The position numbers were made by a program, and so were the translations under genes. This document shows positions 54,300-64,000 of a stretch of DNA of 64,000 nucleotides, one piece after another. How positions within the stretch are numbered: the first letter of the stretch is position 1; every line of letters begins with the position of its first letter. The notes below the pieces were generated by a model, which had not been told where the DNA came from, did no database searches, and saw only the letters and a program-made list of their open reading frames with translations. The DNA is from Utricularia gibba (taxonomy: Eukaryota > Plantae > Magnoliophyta), in contig NEEC01000021.1 in assembly GCA_002189035.1 (NCBI GenBank), positions 806,001-870,000 on the forward strand, given 5' to 3'.

Positions 54300-54963
54300 C
54301 CTATTTCTTGGGCTGGGGCCGCGTTAGTATCTGGACTGGCCTCTATTGTGGACTGGGCTTAACTCAGTGCTCGGGCTGAGCCGTATTTCGGCGGGCTGCA
54401 TCCACTATTTGGGCTGGTCTGAATTCCATGGTTAGGTTGGGTTCCCTATTTCATGGGCTGGGCCACGTTAGCATCTGGACCGGGCTCTATTGTGGACCGG
54501 CTTAACTCAGTGATTGAGCTTAGCCGTATTTCTAGCATATGGCGGGCTGCATCCACTATTTGGGCTGAGCTGAATCCCATGGTTGGGTTGACTCGCCAAA
54601 CTCTTAGGTTGGGCCGCGTTAGCATCTGGAACGGTCTCTATTCTGGGCCGGGCTTAACTGAGTGCTCGGACTGCGCGCATTTTACTATCTGGGCAGAGCC
54701 GCATCCACTGTTTGGGTTGGGGTAGCCGATTTCCTAGGCTGGGCCGCGATAGCAACTGGACCGGGCTCGATTCTAGGCCGGTCTTAATTGAGTGGACTGG
54801 ATGGGCGGAATTTTAGCATATGGGCGGGCCGCGTCAACTGATTGGGTTGGGTTGCCGATTGCTTGGGCTAGGCCGCGTTAGCATCTCGACCGGGCTCGAT
54901 TCTGGACTGAGCTTAATTGAGTGCTCGGCTGGGCCGTATTTTAGCATCTAGACCGGGCTCTAT
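54300..54963. repeat. About 5 degenerate tandem units of 130-150 bp, rich in GGGCC/TGGGCT (site II-like) motifs
   Basis: Recurring gggccgcgttagcatctggaccgggctctatt...cttaactgagtgctcgg starting near 54310, 54455, 54611, 54741 and 54871. Confidence 0.85.
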
Positions 54964-56003
54964 TATTTGTGATTTATAATTTAGAGAAATTATCTTTTGT
55001 ATTTTTTTTCGAAATGACTACCTCCATATATAATCATCTTTTTCTATTGGAAGCATTTTCAAAGGTCGCCCACCCCGCCAGCCGCCGTGCTACGACGTAC
55101 GAACCGATGGGATTTGACCGTAGGTGCATTGCATCATTTTGACTTTCTCAAGATGCGCCCCTGATTTCCTAAGTCAAACACCAGCGGGAGAAAAATATAA
55201 ATATGGAAATAAGAGGGACCAATGAGTAATAAAATTACTTTTTTAAAAAAATAAACTATTTTAAACGAAATCTTATTTTGTATATTCCTTATTAATTAAT
55301 TGTAAATTTATTAATCTGAATTTTAAGGATTATTAATCCGAATTTAATTGGATTTAATCATCGATCATTAAGTATGGTAATTACACCGCCGGATCCTTTA
55401 TTTACCGAAGTCAACATGGAAAATTGTCCTCCGGCGGCGTCGCAATGAAGGCAAGAATTTGTTACGTATAAAGACGGAAGGCAACGTGCGTATCTACATT
55501 AAGGCGTGGTTGATCCGGTTGCTATGACGCCATAGCTACCGACATCAGTGTCGTTTTTGTGAGGCTTCCTGGAGGTAAGAGGACCGGAATCATCAACGAT
55601 ATTCTTCAAGCTTCATTGCCGGTGCCAATTCGTTGCTAGATTGACGAGAGGTATGTGGATTGTTTTTCCTGTGCCGGATTTGTTTTTGTGTGGAAATGCG
55701 GATTCTGTTATGCTCTTGTTTAGGAACTTGGATTTGGAGATTGGTGGATGTTGGATCAGTTTAATTCCTTTTGCTTTTGGATACGTTGATTGTGGCATTA
55801 ATGGTAGAAATCTGCATTGAGATCCAAGCTTCTGTTTGATTGGAGCCTCGTTTAACGATGATTTTGTCGGATTTGTGGATCTGTTTGATTTCTAGTTAGC
55901 TGTTGAGTGCTTGATCAGATCTTGACCTTTGACTCGATTGAACTTCATCATTATGTTCCAACTTGTGTGTTTATGTGGATGAAAGGAACTCTTGAGATTC
56001 AGG

Positions 56004-57324
56004 ATGAAGGCATTGATTCTTGTCGGAGGGTTTGGGACCAGATTGAGGCCTTTGACATTGAGTGTGCCAAAGCCACTCGTTGATTTTGCTAACAAACCCA
56101 TGATCCTGCACCAAGTACGTTGCTTCGAACCCCTTTTTTTGCAGGCAAAAGTTCTACCTGATATGCTTCTGAACATATTCTTTGATATGAATCAGATCGA
56201 AGCTCTCAAAGCTGCTGGGGTAACTGAAGTTGTTCTTGCTATCAACTATCAGCCCGAGGTGAACTGCAGATTGGCTTCATATATTCGAATGCGGAGGTCT
56301 GCTCTTTCCTTACCCAACATGTGACTTTTTTCAGGTTATGTTGAACTTTCTGAAAGACTTCGAGGCAAAGATTGGTATAAAGATCTCCTGTTCTCAAGAG
56401 ACTGAGCCTCTGGGGACAGCAGGACCTCTTGCTTTAGCTAGGGACAAGCTCATAGACAGCTCTATGGAGCCATTCTTCGTACTTAACAGTGATGTTATCA
56501 GCGAATACCCTCTGAAGCAAATGATAGAATTTCATAAGTCGCATGGAGGTGAAGCTTCCATCATGGTGACTAAGGTAATGAAACACCTCTAAGTAGATTA
56601 TTCAATGTTTATGCTGCAGAACGGTTGCAAACTCACATGTTACTCCTCTTAGGTGGATGAGCCTTCAAAGTATGGGGTTGTTGTTATGGAAGAGACCAGT
56701 GGGCTGGTAGAAAGATTCGTTGAGAAGCCTAAGACATTCGTTGGCAACAAGATCAATGCTGGGATCTACCTTTTGAATCCATCCGTGCTCGATCGGATCG
56801 AGCTACGCCCGACATCCATCGAGAAGGAAGTGTTCCCCAAAATTGCCGCAGAGAAAAAACTGTTTGCCATGGTGTTACCAGGTTTCTGGATGGATATTGG
56901 GCAACCAAAAGACTACATTACTGGCCTGAGACTGTACCTGGACTCCCTGAGGAAACAAGCATCCCCCAAGTTGGCCTTTGGAGCTCACATTCTAGGAAAT
57001 GTCCTGGTTGACGAGACTGCAGCAATAGGTGAAGGATGCCTGATTGGCCCCGACGTTGCTATCGGACCTGGTTGCACCATCGAACCTGGCGTGAGACTGT
57101 CACGGTGCACCATCATGCGCGGCGCCCGGGTGAAAAAGCACTCTTGTGTTTCAAGCAGCATCATCGGCTGGCACTCGACGGTCGGACAGTGGGCTCGTGT
57201 GGAGAACATGACCATACTTGGAGAAGATGTCCATGTTGGTGATGAAGTGTACACCAATGGAGGTGTGGTCTTACCTCACAAAGAGATCAAGACAAACATT
57301 GTGAAGCCAGAGATAGTCATGTGA
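56004..57324 (+). CDS. VTC1: GDP-mannose pyrophosphorylase / mannose-1-phosphate guanylyltransferase (exons 56004-56114, 56196-56258, 56335-56574, 56653-57324; 361 aa)
   Basis: [41 protein letters not shown]...[14 protein letters not shown]. The exon lengths sum to 1086 nt. Confidence 0.96.
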
Positions 57325-57516
57325 AGCTAAGCATTGTGTATGGTATTATACCATGAAAGATGTATCTGTGATTCTGTACTGCTACTTTTGTTCTCCAGAA
57401 AGTGCATATTGAGTTTGGCTACAAAACAACTGCTTCTTTGTCTACAAAACCGCTCAGGGACTTCCCAAGTTCAAAATTCTTCATCCCACAGCCTCATCAC
57501 AGTGGTGGCTCCGAGT

Positions 57517-58471
57517 TTAAAGTGCAGTTGCAGCAGTGGAAGCGAGCCAAAACATGATATGGGAGGATACTACGAGAAGAAGCCATGCTACGAAAGCTAA
57601 AGAGATGGAGATCTGAAACAAGCCACATGATAGATGAGGATTCAAATGGCAGAAATTTGTCTCTTTGGAGAAGAAGAACACCACAGCAGCAGATGAGGAT
57701 GCTGCTCCAAGAGACAGTAATGATATTATCTGCAAAAAATCAGGGATAATTGTGAACACATTCTTGAAGGAACGAGAGGATATGATGGAATTTGAGCACA
57801 GAAGAATGCCAGTAGAGTTGAAGTAGAGATGCTACCCAGTCACCAACAACAGAGATGGTAATAACAGTGGGATTGTATTCATGGACCAAGTCCAATTTCA
57901 TAGCTAGCAGATCATAAGACGCAAGTATGAAGCTCCATAAACACAGAATCCCCATGGCAGCAATTAGGTAGCTGAAAAAGTGAATCAAAGGCATCCATAA
58001 GATGAAACAGCGTAGCATCTTGACAAGTAACAAGAAAAGCTAACAAAAGATGGCAAGATAAAAATGGTGTGATATCCAAGAAACAGCAGAGCATCTTGAC
58101 AAATGCTAGAGCAGAAGCATACGCATATAGGAAGTTCTCGATACCATAAAGAATACAATATCTTCACAAGTAGCAGAACTCAGGCTATAAAAGAAGTTCA
58201 TGATCCGAAAGTTCACTCCAAGAAGCATGGAACATCTTTACAAGTAAGGATCGCAAAACGAATCATTTCCAAACAAGAAGCCAATCATTTCGTGTAGCGA
58301 TCGCGCCATGAATAAACTTGAAACGAAAAATCAAGTAAAGAAAGTTTACCAGAATGCAGTAGAGGAAGAGCACCCAGTGGCGGCCGTCATGACACCGAAT
58401 GAAGCACCGGCAAACAAGAACTGCCCAGTTCTCAACACCAACGAACTCTTTTCCCCAGGAGTCCCCAACAT
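57517..58471 (-). CDS. CASP-like protein, group 5 type (exons 58471-58350, 57971-57836, 57729-57517; 156 aa)
   Basis: MLGTPGEKSSLVLRTGQFLFAGASFGVM...STAFCYLIAAMG...VVGDW-IISLLSLGAASSSA...CGLFQISISLAFVAW, a four-transmembrane CASPL pattern. Confidence 0.85.
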
Positions 58472-58849
58472 CTTCTCTCTCGCAACTACTTCTGCGTATA
58501 TCCAACCGCGTGCTGAAGGAATCGCGACTCATGACGAAGATTTATAGGTAGGCTTTTCAGGGAACAGTGAAATGCACCGGAAACTGGAAATTGAACAAAC
58601 CGCCACTCAACTGCTTCGACCAAAAGTTGTGATCTTCCTTCCGTTTGTCTGTCTGCAGTTCTAATGTCATATTTAGACGTCTAGATACTATTTGTGTTTG
58701 GGCCCAAAATTGGGGTAAATAATGGGCTAGTTGATTGGATGATTTTGTAAGGGGCCCAATTCGATTCTTCAATAACTGGGCCGGGGTTAAATTTGGAAAT
58801 ATGTACTTATTTTCAAATTTATGATTGCTTCTGCATACTTCCCGCGTAC

Positions 58850-60240
58850 TTCACGCTATATATGCAACAAGGGTTCGTTTTTTAATCTGTAGATGTGGAT
58901 TTAGGGGATTTTAGTTTATGTAGAATTTCAGGGATTGTGTTTCGGTAGTGTCTGTAGATTTCTCTTTCGAGAACGAGGACTTGCGAAAGGTTCGTTGTTT
59001 TCGTTTAATCTGTAAGATGTGCTTTCTTTTCTTTTCAATTTCTGGTTTTTTCGCTTCGGCAATCGCTTGCTGTACGTTGTTTTGATTTTTTGGTTTAGTT
59101 TTCGTGTCGCATTTTATGTAGAGTTTTTGCTTCTTTATGTTAGTTTCTTTCGTTTATCGAGATTATTGCGTTTTAATCATATTTCTTGATACTTCTTTTT
59201 CACTGATGTTTTGAAATCTGAAGTCATTCGTTCATCTTTCTGATTTCTACCATTTTGTTCCTGAAATTGCTTGCTGAACCTTATTGCCTCTCGATTCTTT
59301 GATTTTGTGTCCTCCTGGATATATTCCACAATCCACATCTTCTCTCAAGGGTTCTTGTTGAGTGTTTATGAAGAATCGTCCACTGGCTAATTGTTCTTCC
59401 TCTTGTGGCTTCATCTACAGGAAAGGCGCCATCATCGTTGCGATTATCACTATCCTCCATTCATCAGAAAAAAAAAAAGAGGCCGAAAAAAGGAGAAAAA
59501 AAAAAGCAAAAAAAGAGGCCAGAAAAAAAAAGAAGAAAAAAAGAGGCCCCCAAAAAAAGTAAAAAAAGAGGCTAGAAAAAAAAAAGAAGAAAAGAAGAGG
59601 GCTAAAAAAAAAGAAGAAAAAAAGAGTCCCCAGAAAAAAGAGGAAAACAGGCAAAAAAAAAAAAAAGAAGAAGAAGAAAGGTCCCAAAAAAAAAAGGAAT
59701 AGAGGCCCAAGAAAAGAAATATTGCCAGCCTTCCCCGCGAATGCTATTGAAAAAAAGGGGGATTTTCATCGCAGCAGGTATCACTCTCGTGATCGATAAT
59801 GTCTGCAAGGCTTGGCATCCATCCTCTATCATCTGTCGCAACGCTGGCTTGCCTATCCATTTAGGTAATTTATTGTGTAAGATATTATGGTGTACGGCCC
59901 TTTCTAGCATAAGTTACTTGTAAAGACTATTTATGTGTTGAATTTATTAGTGTAGATCAATATGAGAGGGGCTAAGTTTTTAACTCCGCCTGTGCTAAAC
60001 ATCACAGCCAGTCCCAAGCCTGGGTTGAGGAGGAGGGAGAACTTGTCTTATCTACGGGGGTGTAATTTTTTGTCTTGTATTTTGATGATTTTGGCAGGCT
60101 CTTCTACTGTGATGCTACTAGGTCATATCTTGTGTCTGGTAGTAATCCCTGTTTTGTGCTTTCAAGATTCTATAAATCAGAAAGCATTTTTGCGTATCAT
60201 TCTGGTTGCAATCCCTGTTTTGTGTCTAGGACTATTTGTT
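58850..60240 (+). ncRNA. Candidate structured long non-coding RNA, copy B (TATA 58857-58863; structured exon 59421-59864), possibly also the 5' leader of RAD51B
   Basis: Inverted paralogue of copy A with the same splice signals and stems; its similarity ends about 140 bp before the RAD51B ATG. Confidence 0.5.
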
Positions 60241-60381
60241 TTATAGTGGGGCTTAGCAGCCAGTCTCAACCATTATGTTTGCAGGCCCACACATTCATGG
60301 AGTTGCCTTCTTTTCTTTTTGCCGGGAACTCTCTCCAGTGGTTTGTACAGAATGCAATGAAGTGAACTGCATAGCTGGTTA

Positions 60382-62955
60382 ATGGCGAACAAGCTTATCA
60401 TTGAAATGGGTCTACCCCAGAAGATAGCCAATCTATTTGCAGCTCGCAATATTCGAACTGCCAAGGTGGCAAATGTTTTTTGATTTGCAGAGCTAATGTG
60501 TGAACTTGGTCCTGTGCTCACAGAATTATATGCACATTCTTAAAATGTGTGTAGGAGGCGCTCTCGCTTACAGAGTTTGAATTAATGGAGATCCTGGATG
60601 TGGGTTTAGAGCAAGTGACTGAGGGAATGACTCGAATTAGTGAAATGGCATGCCCACATTTTCAGACTGTAATGATGAAATTTGTTGTCTTTGTTTGCTA
60701 ATCCTACTTGTGAAGTTAGTGTTCAGAATGGAGCAAGCATAAGGTATGTGATGTTTTTGTTTTTCAACTGTAACTAGGCTCTGTCACTGCTGGAGCAACA
60801 GCGGAAAGATGAGCATCTAGCAGGGCATTTACCAACGATGCTAAAGGGACTTGATGCAGCACTCTGCGGTGGAATACCATTTGGTCTTGTTACAGAGTTA
60901 GTAGGTCCTGCGGGGATTGGAAAAACACAGGTGCTTTTGGCTGTTTTTTTACTTTTTTTGCATTGAAATGATTTTCTGAAATTCAAACCTGCAGTTCTGC
61001 CTGAAGCTCGCTTTGCTGGCCGCCTTACCTACACTGTATGGAGGTTTGGGTGGTCGCGTAATATATGTTGATGTGGAGTCTAAGTTTAGCTCAAGAAGGT
61101 ATCTTTTCCTTTACATGGTAGCACCGAAAAGTTTCGATTCAGGATCTTTTCCTCATAGAGGCATCTAAAATTATCTCAAGAAGATATCTTTTCCCTGTCG
61201 AAGTTGACATGGTACACATGCCTTTCAGGATGATAGAAATGGGATTCAATAGTTTCCCAGAAATATTTCGCAAGGAAAGCTTAGCACAAGAGGTTGATAT
61301 ACTGATATAATTTCTTGTTTTTTTATTTTTTCGATTCTGCGACATAAAACCTCAGAATATGTGATGTTATTTCAATGTTCCCTTGGGAAAAAAGTCATGC
61401 ACACTTCTCAGGTGGCATTGGTTTTTGATTCAGCAGCATACAGAACATTTGTCTCTGTACATCATTTGCATACCTAAATTGTTGAGAACTCAATTTTACT
61501 CTAAACGCATTATCCATCCAATGATTTCTTTGCGCTCTGTATTTATAGATGGCTGGACGGATTCTGGTTTTGCGTCCAGGATCATTGTTGGAATTCACTG
61601 AAAGGTATAACAGGAATTCCTCTTTGTACAGTTGTGCTTTTGACCTTTATACCATCCACCGCCTGAACCCATACTCTGATCCCTCTAACAAGTCGGAAGG
61701 CAGAATTTAGGACTTGTGCATCCATCTTCTTATAGTCTGGTTTTTTCAGCATCCTTCGCCCTTTCATTGGAACCTAAGTTCTTTAACCATTTGACATACC
61801 TGTGAAACATGCTCCGATGGATTCTTTATCTTCTATATTTCCAACTCCCATGGCATTCATTGACTTCACTGATTTCATCATGGACTTGATAGTGATCTTG
61901 TTTTTTTTTCCAGCTTGCAGCAATTGAAGGTCACATTTCTCCAGGATAATGTGAGGCTACTTATAGTTGACAGCATGGCAGCTCTTGTTTCTGGGTTACC
62001 TCCCTTTACTCAAGTCTATCATTATTTCCTTCTTAATTTTTCTGTTTACATCTTGTGTTTCCTATGTGGGGAAGGTGACAAATTATGCTTTATAAGTTGT
62101 ACTATTGGTCCCCTTTGATCTTGTAGACTTCTTGTTTAAAAAAATCTTACGGCTTGTGGTTTTGTTTTTGTAGAGAATATGATCAGGGGCCTACAAGGCA
62201 TCATCCACTGGGTTGGCATATATCATTTATGAAGTGAGCATCTGATCAGCACCATCTTCTTCTTATTTCATCGCATTGATATACAGGCATCCATTGCCTT
62301 ATTCAGATCACTGGCAGCATTTTCTCGGATGCCTGTTGTCATAACTAATCATGTTCGATCTCAAGGCCATGAAACATCTCAGTACATGTTCCAGGTTCTT
62401 GAACTCCTATCGTGCTCGCTTCATTTGTGTTCATAATTTGAAAACAAATGATCTTCATGCTGAATTATAGTAAGGCTTGGTGCATTGCAGAAAAAAGCTG
62501 ACGCCGAGCATCATCCTCCCAAGTCCGAGTCCCATCTTGTTGCCACATTGGGTATTCACTGGGCGCATGCTGTTAGCATTCGCCTTGTGTTAGAATCAAG
62601 ATCAGGTCGTTTTTTTTCGTATAATGCAGATACTTATTTAAACATACTTACTGAAATAAATTAGCTATTGAGTGCAGGGAAAAGGATCCTTAGGATTGCA
62701 AAATCGCCAATATCCCCATCTTTGGGATTCCTTTTCACCATAACTGCATCTGGGATCTCGTTGCTTGATGATGAAGGAATCGACATGGCTGGTTCGGACG
62801 CAAGCAAAATAAGCTGCCAAGGTATGCCAGAACCTCTTTTCTTTCTGTCATATGTGTTCAAAGATACCACCATGTCTAACTAAGATGTTGCTTCTCCCCC
62901 GCCTGTCTTGAATTTCTTGGATGCAGGCCATGGCCAAATCCATATGCCACCATGA
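60382..62955 (+). CDS. RAD51B: DNA repair protein RAD51 homolog 2 (multi-exon)
   Basis: MANKLIIEMGLPQKIANLFAARNIRTAK, Walker A LTELVGPAGIGKTQ, VIYVDVESKFSSRR, RLLIVDSMAAL, LGIHWAHAVSIRLVLE and RIAKSP. Confidence 0.93.
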
Positions 62956-64000
62956 TCGTTGCCATGACCATGCAGAGCAGTAAAAAAGATTGTGCAGACA
63001 CATTAGGTTAGTGGTTCACATCGTTAGGCAGTGCATAGAGATTGAATTTCCCTCATGAGCCAAATGCCTCTAGATTATCAATATAAAGGTTTATCTGTTC
63101 TTTTGCGGAGTATTACTACTCGGAAGAAACATATGTTTTCACTAATCACTACAAAAGCTAGCATTTCTGTTGTACAATTGCAAATGTTGTACTGCATTCT
63201 TGTACCTTTCCGTTTCCCATTTCATCATATCTTGTTCACTTTTTTTTTTTTTTTTTCAATTGATTGCACTGAGTGGGATCCTCAATGAGACGGATGCCTC
63301 AAGGGGGGATATTTGGCATCTCCATTCCCCTGCTCCTCGATAGACGCAATGCTCGGAGGGCTGAGGGTTAATAGGTTGCATACATAACTATATATCAAAT
63401 ATGATATAATAAATTTAATTATTATGAAAAGTGAAAATTAAAAATGATACAAATTCGTATATATTTGTGTATATTAAGCACAATTAAGCGTCAAGTTATC
63501 TGTATTTTATTATATTAATAGATCATTACTTCTTAAAGCAACATAATTATCAGCAAATACTTTTTTTGTATAGAAGGAAGTAATAGTAGGGCATAAAATG
63601 TAAACACACTTACGTGCAATAGAATGAGAGTAGTTAGTTACCGGCAACACTGTCCACGTGACTAGCACATGGTATATGGTCGGAATTCCGTTACACGAAA
63701 AGCAAGGTGCTTTGGGAGAAAAGTGGAATAGGTTAGTTAAGAGTTACTTACTACCTGATGTTGGGTTGATTCCAGCAACATCTTCTTCTGTTCTTGCAAG
63801 CCAAGATGAGATAATGTGTCTCTATTGAACAAATGTGTGTTGCCGCATGTGGGTTCCTGATAAGAAGAAACAAAAAACTGGTTGTTTTTCTGAGTTCGAT
63901 CAGCTTCTCAAGGATTTGAGCAACCCAGCAACAAGAAACTGTGAGTGGATAGAGCTCGCTGCTCTCAAGGTGTAGGAGGAAGGTGCAACTGAATTGAAAG

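Noticed and set aside
53008-59930. Lys-rich and Phe-rich ORFs of 60-190 aa in the ORF track
   Set aside because: They arise from low-complexity A-rich tracts, start at different positions in the two copies, and show no synonymous-site bias.
61099-61110. GTATCTTTT donor as a U12-type intron
   Set aside because: It deviates from GTATCCTT and no TCCTTAAC-type branch point precedes the acceptor.
63700-64000. Possible exons of another gene at the window edge
   Set aside because: Open stretches exist on both strands, but I recognise no motif and cannot fix strand or frame.

Overview
Gene-dense eudicot nuclear DNA with short GT-AG introns (mostly about 65-150 nt) and very AT-rich intergenic DNA; the species cannot be determined from the sequence alone. 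The conventional genes, in order, are: the 3' end of a PP4/PPX phosphatase, an LBP/BPI protein, mitochondrial GrpE, a GeBP/STOREKEEPER-like factor (frameshifted here), a BRN/CELF RNA-binding protein head-to-head with U1-C, mitochondrial EF-Tu, a MATH-BTB (BPM) protein, FKBP20-1, MIR172, an FtsJ/RrmJ methyltransferase, a HERK1-type CrRLK1L kinase, a PPR protein, a PMT10/11/12-type methyltransferase, VTC1/CYT1, a CASP-like protein and RAD51B. Two regions are not explained by these genes. (1) At 21.2-33.7 kb, between BPM and FKBP20-1, four tandem fold-back (inverted-repeat) loci each lie behind a shared AT-rich module ending in a TATA box. Their arms are head-to-head copies of one small membrane-protein gene; 7 of 8 arms are disrupted as coding sequence but still pair. 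This looks like a cluster of hairpin-RNA or proto-MIRNA loci built by inverted gene duplication. (2) At 52.4-55.0 kb (-) and 58.7-60.3 kb (+), two inverted copies of a non-coding transcription unit flank VTC1 and the CASP-like gene. Each has a structured exon of about 430-445 nt enclosing an A-rich tract and an intronic three-way-junction motif, and the second copy may act as the leader of RAD51B. All exon boundaries, alignments and identities were read by eye; no expression evidence is available.
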